Positions 1-9,656 of a DNA stretch of 64,000 bases are shown in pieces. Source of the DNA: a bacterium (lineage in GTDB: Bacteria > UBA8248); assembly GCA_965219955.1 (NCBI GenBank), contig OZ244799.1, forward strand, positions 2,816,001 through 2,880,000. The letters run 5' to 3'. Every line of letters begins with the position of its first letter. The first letter of the stretch is position 1. Below the pieces are notes generated by a model. The model ran no database searches, was not told the DNA's origin, and saw nothing but the letters and a program-made list of their open reading frames with translations. The position numbers were made by a program, and so were the translations under genes.

Positions 1-56
1 TGTGATGTCCTCGGGAGGGCGCGTCCATCCTTTCGTTTACCGGCACGCACGCGCCA

Positions 57-215
57 GGATACGTAGGAGTTATAATTCATCCGTTTCCGATTTGATTACA
101 TTCTGCAGAAACTGGCTTGAAAACGAGAAAGAAAACATTGAACTATCTCCAATAAAATTAACGCGATATCGAAGTATCCCAGTCGTCGACAATCCCCCGA
201 TGTCTAAAACGGGCG
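57..215 (+). repeat. Module-boundary element, copy 1 (GGATACGYAGGAGTTATAAT...TTTGATTAC...TCTnAAAAC)
   Basis: Aligns by eye with 3744-3903, 7105-7265 and 9657-9790. The ATACG-to-GATTAC distance is 35 bp in all four copies. Confidence 0.75.
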
Positions 216-490
216 GAAGCGCCAAAAGGCAATTTGATCGAGGTGTATGTGAGGCTAAGAAAGATTTTTGTGGTCTGTTTGCATGGTTTTCTTGAAGTGG
301 AGCAGACCATCTCATCCGACATCCAGATGGGATGGGCCTTGAAAGATCCAACGCATCTTTCGATTTAAAAGCGAGATTTTGCGAGTTATTGAGGCTTGAT
401 TGATTAAAAACAATACCTTGGAATCATTAGACTAAGTCAACGAAACACCTTATGCCTCTGATGCGTTGAACTCCAGATTCCGAGGACTGG

Positions 491-640
491 CAACGAGATG
501 GATGCCTCCTCCCGACAACACCAAACTGTGACGAAGTGACTTCGCTTGCCGTCCTAAAGGAGGCATCCATGGCACAAGTTAGCATAGTCGGGGTCGCCCT
601 GGAGAAACAGAGCTTCCAATTCCACGGTGCGCGCCCGAAA
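491..640 (+). mobile_element. IS110-family (IS1111-like) left end plus about 24 codons of degenerate transposase
   Basis: 13-bp inverted repeat ATGGATGCCTCCT (498-510) / AGGAGGCATCCAT (558-570) ending at ATG 569. MAQVSIVGVALEKQSFQFHG resembles the IS110 N-terminus (GIDLAKxxFQxHG) with the catalytic Asp lost. Confidence 0.7.
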
Positions 641-802
641 CGTGTCGAATTTGGCCAGAATGCGCATGGCTTCCAGAGGTACCTTCACTATGATCGGATG
701 CCCTGCGATGGCCTCTTCCAATATTCTCTCGCGAAAGGTAAAAAGATTGCGTGGCATAGCGACACCTAACGGTTCCTAATTGGTAAAAGGCGGGATTTCA
801 TA

Positions 803-2029
803 ATGGCGATTTCCACCGTAGCTGAGTTTCTCGAATGCATCGAGAGAAGCAGAAGTGACGACGAAACAGAACTTCTGTACCGTGGACAAGCCGACGCCAA
901 ATGGATCGTGGATTGTTCTGCGGTGCGTCGACTCAGAGCCGATCATAACTTTGCGATTGATTCAACACTCATCGGGCACGCTTTGGTCGGATATTTGGAT
1001 GACCTGTTGAACAAGGCGTCACAATATGTCGGTAAGTGCCCGGAACTACCCGGAGGGTGTACCGATCTTGAAGTCCTCGCCCAGCTCCAACATCAGGGAG
1101 CAGCCACCGGACTAATCGACTTCACCTTGGAACCACTCGTGTCCCTCTGGTTCGCGTGCAGTGGGTACCCAACCGAAGACGGTGCGGTGTACGTCCTCTC
1201 CCGCTCCGACGTACAGGAAACAGATGAAGCCGAAGTTCGGGAAAACGGGGTGCTGAAATACTTTTACGGAGCTGGCACAAAAGACTGGGACGATCCTCCC
1301 TACCTGTGGTGTCCTGGTGCGATGTACGGAAGACCCGCTTCCCAAGAATCCGTCTTTATTCTGGGGGTCCCGTTTCTGTGGCCTGCTTTGCTCAATAAAA
1401 TAGTGATTGACAAGAATTTCAAGCAACCTTTACTCGAAGAGCTACGTATCGCACATGGCATCGCGGAAGAAAAGCTGTTTCCCGATCTCTCCGGTTATGC
1501 ACACGCCAACTCGGTCTCCAAACCCTTCGACATGAAGCGCTTTATTCGGTTTTGGGAAAATCGAGTAGAATGGTTTACGAACAACGCAGAGAAAGCACAA
1601 GCGTATGTCGACTGTGGGCTTGCCCACGCCGCAATCAAGCAATACGAGTTTGCCATTGAACGGTACACCGAAGCGATCACTTTTGACGCTGAGAATATAG
1701 GAGCCTACGTCAATCGTGCAAGAACGAGGCAATTGCTTGGCGACCAGACGGAAGCTCTCGCGGACTACAACACAGCGCTTCTAATGTGCGGAAGAGCGGA
1801 AGGACTTGATTCCCGGCAAATCGCTCGTGTCCACTGGAATAGAGGCCAGGCGTACTTTGCATTGGGGCAGGAAGAACAGGGTTGCGCGGACTACAATCGG
1901 GCAATAGGGCTTGGACACAAGTTGTACTTCTACGACAATGGTAAAGACGGAGCACGAATAAATGCCCACCCAGAGTACCTAGAAGAGTATAAGCCATTTA
2001 CCAATGGTGAAGACAGGTCCACGAAATAA
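803..2029 (+). CDS. FRG domain-containing protein with C-terminal TPR repeats
   Basis: YRGQ...W, LAQLQHQGAATGLIDFT..PLVSLWFAC FRG motifs; TPR-like repeats AYVDCGLAH, AYVNRA, HWNRGQAY. Confidence 0.85.
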   Translation: MAISTVAEFLECIERSRSDDETELLYRGQADAKWIVDCSAVRRLRADHNFAIDSTLIGHALVGYLDDLLNKASQYVGKCPELPGGCTDLEVLAQLQHQGAATGLIDFTLEPLVSLWFACSGYPTEDGAVYVLSRSDVQETDEAEVRENGVLKYFYGAGTKDWDDPPYLWCPGAMYGRPASQESVFILGVPFLWPALLNKIVIDKNFKQPLLEELRIAHGIAEEKLFPDLSGYAHANSVSKPFDMKRFIRFWENRVEWFTNNAEKAQAYVDCGLAHAAIKQYEFAIERYTEAITFDAENIGAYVNRARTRQLLGDQTEALADYNTALLMCGRAEGLDSRQIARVHWNRGQAYFALGQEEQGCADYNRAIGLGHKLYFYDNGKDGARINAHPEYLEEYKPFTNGEDRSTK

Positions 2030-2336
2030 TTCGTGCGTATGTTGGGTCCCTTCGGCATTGTGTTTCTGTATGGCTTCCTTGGCTATCACTTCAAGAAAGT
2101 TCGGCAACTGGGGTAATGGACGACCAACACCTGAGCTATGTACTTAAGCGTGACAGCGTGGTTCGCCGCTTTCAGTTTTCAGCAAGGAATAGCTACAAGG
2201 GGATTCGAGTCATGAAATGTCCGACGTCGTACTAGGGTAGCCTGATCCGTTGCTCCACGGACCTCATGTCCGCGGCAGCCGCGGTCCTAGTGGTTATCAC
2301 AGCCCCTTTCTTACTCTCTTGAACAGGAGAACCAAC

Positions 2337-2696
2337 ATGAAGTCGCCTATTCGATCCGCAATGCTCAGCATCATGGCGCTAGCGCTTCTCACGGCTTGTA
2401 CCGCCGATATGAAAAATGAAAATGGGCGACTGACCGTAGAGTCACAGGCTCCTTTTATTGTTCCTTTCGGATTATTGCTGGCTTCTACACATACGGCAAT
2501 ACAGGCCGAGTGCAATGATATAAAAAGAAGAACAACAGATTCTGGCCCAGGCCAAGGACATGCACTTGCGCCGGATTACCAAAAGGTCACGGAATGGACC
2601 ACAGCCATTAAAACCTTCTTTGGTTTGCTTCCTATCAATGAATATAAATGGGTTGGAGAATGCGATTACGAGGGAGAGACCGCTAAAGGGAATTGA
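2337..2696 (+). CDS. Hypothetical lipoprotein
   Basis: AGGAGA RBS, ATG 2337, signal peptide with lipobox LTAC, two further Cys. Confidence 0.65.
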   Translation: MKSPIRSAMLSIMALALLTACTADMKNENGRLTVESQAPFIVPFGLLLASTHTAIQAECNDIKRRTTDSGPGQGHALAPDYQKVTEWTTAIKTFFGLLPINEYKWVGECDYEGETAKGN

Positions 2697-2699
2697 GTG

Positions 2700-2912
2700 A
2701 TGAATTACAAGGTTACATCTAAGAACAATAGGAGCAATACTATTAAAGCTAACGATGTTCGTATGCGGTTCATCGACTCAAAGCTTATGGTTGTTTTTCT
2801 GTTAGGAAGTCCTAGGCAAATTCAAATGGAAGGAGCACAGGTAAAAGCGATGTTTGAGTTCGACAATATCAAAAGCGTTGTGAGGGAGCAAATGCGAAGC
2901 TCTGACAAATAA
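2700..2912 (+). CDS. Small hypothetical protein
   Basis: ORF directly downstream of the lipoprotein; no recognisable motif. Confidence 0.4.
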   Translation: MNYKVTSKNNRSNTIKANDVRMRFIDSKLMVVFLLGSPRQIQMEGAQVKAMFEFDNIKSVVREQMRSSDK

Positions 2913-3104
2913 GCGCTCCCACTAGGACCGCAATCCCCGGCGGGAGCAAACCACGAGAACACATACCTTCACCACAAAGGAGTAAGACCATGTCACATTT
3001 CAATGCTCGTGTCCTCGCGGTCCAAAAGTGTTCTATCTAAAACATCCCTCTCAAGATCCGCAGTTCCTACACGGATCCTCCCGATAATCAATGAGCGTCC
3101 CGTT

Positions 3105-3404
3105 TCAGCTTGAGCATGGCTCATCCGCGACCTTCTCCACGTTATAAACGGGTGACTCATGTTCGACCACTTTGACGAAAGAGTAGCGGGACCTAGCGTG
3201 CTCGAATGCGCGCTCGCAGGCATTCTCGTGAGCCGAGAAGGTCGTGATTTGCAGCAGATACCCGCCGTCGACGGCAGCTTCTACTCACCATTCTTCGCCT
3301 AGGTTTTGAACGATCCTGTAAGGGAAGTCGTCGGTAGGCTCATGGATAGCTTCTCTTGGGGGCTCAAGTTTGAACACCTTGGCATGGGTTTTAAGTTTGC
3401 CCAT
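3105..3404 (-). pseudogene. About 99-codon hypothetical ORF interrupted by an in-frame TGA (3285-3287)
   Basis: Manual translation MGKLKTHAKVFKLEPP...GEEW*VEAAVDGGYLLQ...EPCSS*; not in the ORF track. Confidence 0.3.
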
Positions 3405-3684
3405 GAGGAAATACTTAGCTAGCTAGGTCAAAAGACCCATAGTATCGATTTAATATGAACTTGATGTGCCTTTTGCGGTGTTATCATGGTTTAAATATGA
3501 CCATTCATGGCGCGGGCGTCATTTCCCGCGGCCTGGAACTCGTAAGCGGTCGATCTGTAAAGTCCGGTGAACTATTCGACGAGGAGACGTAGTGATCGAT
3601 CCATATCCACCGAATCCCGAGGCGAAAGCGTTCAGGCGGTGCATCTCAACGCTCAGCATGTCCATCCCATCGGTTACGATTTGC

Positions 3685-3727
3685 GGCCTGTTAGGAGGGG
3701 TCGTTGCCGAGCCCCTCCTAACAGGCC
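3685..3727. repeat. GC-rich palindrome GGCCTGTTAGGAGGGG...CCCCTCCTAACAGGCC (relatives at 9587-9629, half copy at 7071-7086)
   Basis: 16-bp perfect stem; related hairpins precede boundary copies 2, 3 and 4. Confidence 0.7.
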
Positions 3728-3743
3728 CGACTTGCCCGCCCTA

Positions 3744-3903
3744 GGATACGCAGAAGTTTGATTTCGCCCACTTCCGATTTGATTACGTATTGCAGATAAG
3801 CAAATCCCCAACGAAATTCCCAAAAACGGATACCCGCAATAATATCAACAAGCTACAAGAATTCCCCACCCGCTGGAAACAACCCACCGTCTCAAAACAC
3901 GCG
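3744..3903 (+). repeat. Module-boundary element, copy 2
   Basis: Closest to copy 3 (shared ATACCnGCAA, TCAACAAnCTACAAG, AAAACACGCG). The IS256 stub is truncated at its right end. Confidence 0.8.
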
Positions 3904-4304
3904 GCAACAACTCCGAGCGAAAGCACCGCCCCGCCCCCGACCTGTCCCGCGTCCGGGGAACACCAATCCGCACCGCACCGACACCCGTCAAAACCTCCCG
4001 CGACGGCAGGTAGCCGCCCAGCACCACCGCGCGACGGCCTCGCGTGTCTCGCTCGGTAGAATGCTCTTCCAGAAAGGTCCCCAACTCCGCTTCCACCGCC
4101 CGGCGGATGATTCGCTGCGCGCCTTCGCGCACCAGTTCGCTCAACTCCTCTCGAAAGGCTGGATTCGTAAAGGGAATCGTCGTATCTTTGTGCATGGTGG
4201 CGCATCTCCTGTTTGCTGAATGACAGGGCTTCTCACAACCCCATTCCAGCAGGAATGCGCCGCCTTCTTCAATTCAACCCATACACAAGATCTGAGGGTA
4301 ACTC
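3904..4304 (-). mobile_element. Truncated IS256-family element (left end plus N-terminal about 95 codons of transposase)
   Basis: LSELVREGAQRII..AVEAEL...GRRAVV.GGYLP.REVLTGVGAV.I.VPRTRDR matches the IS256 transposase N-terminus. GAGTTACCCTCAGATCTTGTGTATGG at 4304 resembles an IS256 terminal IR. Confidence 0.85.
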
Positions 4305-4322
4305 CATAATATAGTGTCCTCC

Positions 4323-6227
4323 CTAAAACGCCCCGGTGACGCCGACGAGGAAGACATCGGAGCGCGCCGAGGCGTCACTGTGCGTTTGGTCCGGCATTAT
4401 CTCGCCGTTTTCGTCCTTGATGTTGCCGCCGCTGATGAAGTTCAAGGGTGTGTATCCATCGACACGGATGTATTCGGCAAAGAGCTTCACGCTGGGCCGG
4501 GGCAACCAGGCCACGCCCAGGGCAAGCTGGTTCTGGCGCTCCCACGGCGCGTCATCCGGACCGGCGACGAATCGGCTGAGTTCGATGGAAAAATCCAGAG
4601 GGCCGCGACTGGAGTCGTACCTGTATCCGGCCCCGACCCTGAAGCTCGTCACCTTGCTCGCCGGGAATTGCGGGATGCCGGGGTTGAATGTAGCGGGCCA
4701 CTCATTCAGCGTACGGATGAACTCGCCCCCGATATTGAGATTGCCATGGACGAGTTTTCCGTAAACGCCTGAAGCCGGGTTGTTGTCCTTGCAGGGCGCG
4801 AAATGAACAACCGGAAAATCCTGGCAATAAGCCGTCCCGCGCAGGTATGACCCTCCCAGGAGAAACGTGCCCCAGGAAGCGAGTTCTACCGTGTAGTTCG
4901 CGTCGACGGTGAAGTTGTTCAGTTTGCTCGGGACCGCGGTTCCGTTCACCGGGGTGTTTGCGGCCCTGAACTGCGCTCCTCCCTGCACGCCCATGAAGGA
5001 GAGGTTCAACCCGTCGCTGGAATAGCCCAGCTTCAAGCCGTTGGCCAGCCCTCCGAAGGCGTGCCAGACGCTCGAGGCGGAGAACGGATTGACGGTATCC
5101 GTGAGACCGAAGGGAATCGCCATCTTGCCCAGGCTGGCATAGAGCGGCGACCTGTCGAGATTCCCGATCAGGACCCAGGCGCGCCGCAATTGCAACTGGT
5201 TGCGTTCCAGGTCCGTATTGGTTCCCTGGCCGAAACTCTGTTGCGGATCATAGAGAATCTCGGCGTTGGCGGTAATCCACCCGCCGAGCGCACCCGTGAA
5301 TCCGAGTTGCGCCGAATGGATCGCCGCCTCGGAAACCACGGTCCCCGCCTGATTCTTTGCGGTCGGGTGGCGCATCAGGTATCCGAACTTGTTCTCCCTG
5401 TTGCTCGACTGGTAATCGGCTATCGCGGTGACCGCACCGTGCAGGTGAACGCTGTCCGGGGCGAGTACGCCCTCTTGCTTGCGCTGGAGTATCAGGCGTT
5501 GCTTGGAGTTGATGTTCGTCGTCGGGTCGAGGATCTCGTAGCCGAATTGCGGGTCGATCTGGATGAATCCGGTTTTGGCTCTGACGGGCGCTGCCTCCCT
5601 CGCGGATACATCCACTGACAGGTCGCCCGAAGCGTAGCGGACGAAGCCGCCCGCTTCCACTTGCGCGGAGCTCCCCTCGAGCGAAGGCGTCAGCACGAGG
5701 TTCTCCCCGAAGCGCGAAGAGCGTGAGCTTTCGGGCGGTGCGCGAACGCGGCTTGCATCCCCGTCGACTCCGGGCAGGCCCGGCGCCGCCTCGCCGGTAT
5801 CCGCCGGCGTCGTGGCCGTGGCGACCGCAGAGGGAGGCCCCGCTCCCGACTCGCCGACCGCCGAGACGCGGTAGTGGTACGTCGTGCCTCCCGGGAGGCC
5901 CGAGTGCCTGTACTCCGTGTCCCTGACGCCCGTCTCGGGGACAAGGTCGCTCCAGCCCGCCTCCTCTTCGCGGACCTCTATCCGGTAGCTCAAGAACGCC
6001 GATTCGCTGACCGAAGGTGCACGCCAGGACAGGAGGATGACCGAAGGCCCCTCCGCCCGCGCCGTGAGGCCGCCGGGCACGGTCGCCGCCGTGCCGTTGA
6101 ACAGAGTGGCGGCCTCGGTCCCCTTGCTCCATACTTCGATGACGGCCTGGGCATGGGCCAGCCCGGCGGAGGCCGGTGCCATGACGGCGAGGAGGACGAG
6201 ACACGCCGCGAGACTGCTCCACCACAA
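4323..6227 (-). CDS. Fibronectin type III domain plus outer-membrane porin-like beta-barrel protein
   Basis: Signal-like N-terminus; FN3 motif (LSWRAP...YRIE...GLPGGTTYHYRVSAV); amphipathic beta strands; C-terminal Phe. Start uncertain. Confidence 0.75.
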   Translation of the reverse strand: MWWSSLAACLVLLAVMAPASAGLAHAQAVIEVWSKGTEAATLFNGTAATVPGGLTARAEGPSVILLSWRAPSVSESAFLSYRIEVREEEAGWSDLVPETGVRDTEYRHSGLPGGTTYHYRVSAVGESGAGPPSAVATATTPADTGEAAPGLPGVDGDASRVRAPPESSRSSRFGENLVLTPSLEGSSAQVEAGGFVRYASGDLSVDVSAREAAPVRAKTGFIQIDPQFGYEILDPTTNINSKQRLILQRKQEGVLAPDSVHLHGAVTAIADYQSSNRENKFGYLMRHPTAKNQAGTVVSEAAIHSAQLGFTGALGGWITANAEILYDPQQSFGQGTNTDLERNQLQLRRAWVLIGNLDRSPLYASLGKMAIPFGLTDTVNPFSASSVWHAFGGLANGLKLGYSSDGLNLSFMGVQGGAQFRAANTPVNGTAVPSKLNNFTVDANYTVELASWGTFLLGGSYLRGTAYCQDFPVVHFAPCKDNNPASGVYGKLVHGNLNIGGEFIRTLNEWPATFNPGIPQFPASKVTSFRVGAGYRYDSSRGPLDFSIELSRFVAGPDDAPWERQNQLALGVAWLPRPSVKLFAEYIRVDGYTPLNFISGGNIKDENGEIMPDQTHSDASARSDVFLVGVTGAF

Positions 6228-6629
6228 GGTCAGGGGCCGCCGGTCGGGGGGGATACAGGCGGGTGTTCGGCTTCTTCGGTCTCGAGCCCCTCGATGAACT
6301 CGGGACAGGCTCTGCCGATGACGAGGGAGCCGGCTTGCGCACCCCGTTCGGGCGCTGCGCGCTCATGCCGCCCTCTTCTTCCAGATGACAGACTATTGCC
6401 GATGCCGACTCCGGTTGCAAGCCCCACCAACCTCTCCACGCGATGTCTCATTTCTGAATCTACTTTTCCCGGTATTGCGAGGGAGCCGGACCAGCGGTTC
6501 CCCTCCCCATGGAACGTCTATTCATTTTTTGCTTGAAGTTTACCAAAGTCATATGTATTTATCATATCTATACTCTTGTTATATATATCATTAACATATA
6601 TAATTCTGTTTTCCGCCCGGGAGGCAGGG

Positions 6630-6712
6630 ATGATGAACGGAAGCGAAGAGGAGGGGCGCATCTCGCGGCTGTGCGCGGCGTCGGCTACACGATGCCGGAG
6701 CCGGGCGAGGGG
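6630..6712 (+). pseudogene. Collapsed relic of a hybrid sensor/OmpR-type regulator gene (first and last codons only)
   Basis: GGAGG RBS plus MMNGSEEEGRISRLCAA overlapping VRGVGYTMPEP (trans_reg_C end); homologous to 9231-9569. Confidence 0.6.
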
Positions 6713-7104
6713 CAGCGGTCACGACACGGTAACGATTCGGTGGCAGTGTGATGGCCACGCTGAAACCGGCGGCTGCATGAAGTATGGTCCGAAAGGAGTC
6801 AGACCAGCGCCCTCACCACTTCGGCAGTGGCAGGAGATTCAGGCGTCCCGGTGAATCAGCAGCATTCTCGCTGACCGTGGGGGACATCGGCCCGCGCCGT
6901 TGGCACTCACTCAGGAGAGTCCGTGATTCGCTCTATCACCCCAGTGGCGAACACATATATGAACGGAGTTACCGTTCAGTCGCGGGGTGATGAGCATCAA
7001 GAATTCGCCGGCCCAAACCGGATACACCATGCTATACCAATAACTGCTTCCGGGTTTTGCGCCATTATCACCCCTCCTACCCGGCCTCCGACTGAGACGC
7101 TTCC

Positions 7105-7265
7105 CCATACGCAGGAGTTATAATTCGCCTTCTTGCGTTTTGATTACTTGTTGCGGGAATCGAATCTCCGAACCAAATTCGAAAAAAACAAATACCTGCA
7201 ACAGTTTCAACAAACTACAAGGATTCCACGGCCGTTGAAAATACCCCACTGTCTGAAAACACGCG
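7105..7265 (+). repeat. Module-boundary element, copy 3
   Basis: ATACGCAGGAGTTATAATTC...TTTGATTAC...TGTCTGAAAACACGCG. Confidence 0.8.
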
Positions 7266-7295
7266 AAAGAGGGCGAAGAACCACGCGCCAGCTTT

Positions 7296-8659
7296 TCATG
7301 TGGAACGGGTCGCCAGCAACTCCGCAACTTCTTCGGCTGCGTCGACGCCGCTGGCCAGGGCGCCGTTCACAATGGGCGACCGCATGTAGTCGCCCGCCAG
7401 AAAGAGATTCTTCACGTCCTGGTTGAGTCGAGCGCGCATATCCACTATCGCCTTGAACATGCCGGGCAGCCCCATGCACACGGCCTCTCGCCAGCGGTAC
7501 ACGCGGGTAAACAGCACCTCGTCGTCGCCGGGAAGGTTGGAGCCGGGAGGAGGGTTCCGGCGCACGTCGGCGAGCATCCGGCGCCTGATCTCCGCATCGT
7601 CGAGCGGAAGCAGTTCCTCAGCGCGGTTCTCGCCCACCCAAAGGTCCAATGTGCTCTTACCGGGCGGTGCGCAGGCGGGCAGGTTGATGGTCCGGTCCAA
7701 GAGCGCCGGGGTGTCGTCTTCGGGGTACAATGCGACAGACCAGCCGGGGGGGAGCGGCCGGTGGTCGAGGCCGACTACTACTCGAATCCCGCGCGAGTAA
7801 GTTACCTTGCCGAGCGCGTGGCGAATCCCGGGCGGCAGGTCGGGGATAAGTTCCAGCGCCTTCGTGGCTTGCACGGCGCAGATGACGGCGTCCGCCTCGA
7901 TGAGGCCGGCGTCGGTGATCACGCCCGTCACGATCCCGTCCCGGATGACCACCTGCCTGACGGGCGTCGAGAGGCGAATATCGGCTTCCGAGGCGTCGGC
8001 CAGGGCGTAGGACAGGGAACTGCAGCCCTCCTCCGGCACGTAGAGCTGCTCGGGTTTCAGCAGAACTTCTCCCAGAAATGCCCGAATCCACGTCGCGCCG
8101 AAGTCTTCGGGGTTGCCCATCGTCAATTCCAGGAACCCCTCCAACGTCACCCTCAGAGACTCGGGAATACCAAGTCTGTCGAGGTAGTCGCCGTAGGTCT
8201 CTTCCCCGTCGAGCTCGGCGATTTTGTGGTCGCTGGAGTAATTCAGGTACTCCGAATCGTCCTTGATGCTCTTGACCAGCTTCAGGGTCGGCCACAACCC
8301 CCGAGGCGACAGGAACTCTAACGTCCAGAACGGCGCCAGGTTGCTGATGAAGTCGCCGAGGGATTCAATCGGCCTCGTCACAACCCATCGACCCTTTCTG
8401 CGCCAGTCGATGTTCATCTTCGTGCGAATCAAGGGTAACCCCAACTCCTCGCACAAGCGAAATGCGACGTCGTAACAGGCCGGGAAGAAGTCCGCGCCCG
8501 CATCCACCGAAAAGCCATCCACCCTGTCGCCGCCCATGCGTCCGCCTATCTGGTCGTTGGCCTCGAGCAAGATGGATTCGATGCCGCGTTTCTTGAGCGT
8601 GTACGCCGCGCTAAGTCCGGCCGCCCCCCCCCTATAATTACAACGGTATTCTTTCTCAT
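7296..8659 (-). pseudogene. FAD-dependent oxidoreductase (protoporphyrinogen/amine oxidase family), frameshifted in a G9 tract
   Basis: ATG 8659 MRKNTVVII followed by G9 (8624-8632). Adding one G gives IIGGGAAGLSAAY..LEA..IGGR (GxGxxG). C-terminal LFLAGDY...GALASG. Confidence 0.8.
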
Positions 8660-8710
8660 GTAGCTTTCCTCATGGATGTAAAGTTATCGCAACATTCTTA
8701 TGGGTAGGCA

Positions 8711-8944
8711 TCATGAATGATTCCTGTCGATGGCGATCAGCGCGTTGTCGGATGAGGAGAAGGTGTGTTCCAGCGCATCGAAAGCAAGGAGGTAAGGGTT
8801 GTCCTTTTGGAACAAAATGCGGTAATCGCTCGCAACGGTGATGAATCGCCCGCCCGCTCCCGCGATGATCATCAGCAAAACGGCCAGCGTTATGATCAGC
8901 CACCAGTGGCGCAAAACGGCGTCGATGTATCGGTCCAGTTGCAC
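8711..8944 (-). pseudogene. N-terminal fragment of an MMPL/RND-type membrane transporter
   Basis: RHWWLIITLAVLL..AGAG...DYRILFQKDNPYLLAFDALEHTFSSSD is typical of MMPL N-termini; only about 77 codons remain. Confidence 0.65.
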
Positions 8945-9230
8945 GAGTATTATCGCATCCTCATCACGGGTAGCCCGTGAATCATGACGGACGGCATGAT
9001 TCGCTCCGGTTTGTCGCCTTTGTCGCCGCCCCCGCCGCAAGAGGTTGTATTGTTCTCCATTCAAAGGAGTCGCGGCGGGGACGACTCGCCGTCCGGATGT
9101 GGTCACCGGAATCAGCTTTCATTTTACAAAAACTTTATATCTGTTTCATATCTGAATTATTTATTTTCATATTATTATCGTGTACATTTGCGTTTTTTGC
9201 CGTATTTCCCGCTCACGGGAGGCGCTGACG

Positions 9231-9569
9231 ATGAACGGATGCGACGAGGCTTCGGAAGATCGCATACCGCGGCCGTGCGCGGTCCTTGCGCGGACCACCG
9301 CGAGCCTGGACCCCGGGACCGTGCTGCGCGAGATCGTGGAGGGCGCGGCCGACTACATCGTCAAGCCGTTTTCCACAGTGGAACTCACCACGCGGGTCGG
9401 GGCCGAGCCCTTCGTGCTCGGTGAGCTCGCCATCGACTGCGAGCGGCGGCTCGTGAGCATCGGCGGCCGCCCCGTGGAGATGACCGCCACCGGGTACGAA
9501 TTGCTGCGCCGGGTCTGGACCCGGCGCTATGACGCAAGCGCGGCGTCGGCTACAGGATGCCGAAGCTAA
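9231..9569 (+). pseudogene. Multiply deleted relic of a hybrid GAF/kinase/response-regulator gene
   Basis: ASLDPGTVLREIVEG fused to GAADYIVKPFS..EL..RV, then EPFVLGELAID.ERR.V.IGGRPVEMTAT.YELLR, and an out-of-frame GVGYRMP end. Confidence 0.7.
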
Positions 9570-9656
9570 GCGAGGCGTAGCGGTTAGGCCGGGTAGGCGG
9601 GGGCATTGCTGCGCCCCGCCTACCCGGCCAAAGGTTACCCCGACAGGCACCCGCCG

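Noticed and set aside
9587-9629. Group II intron domain VI-like hairpin
   Set aside because: No adjacent domain V and no RT gene. The palindrome is symmetric and behaves like a REP-type insert.
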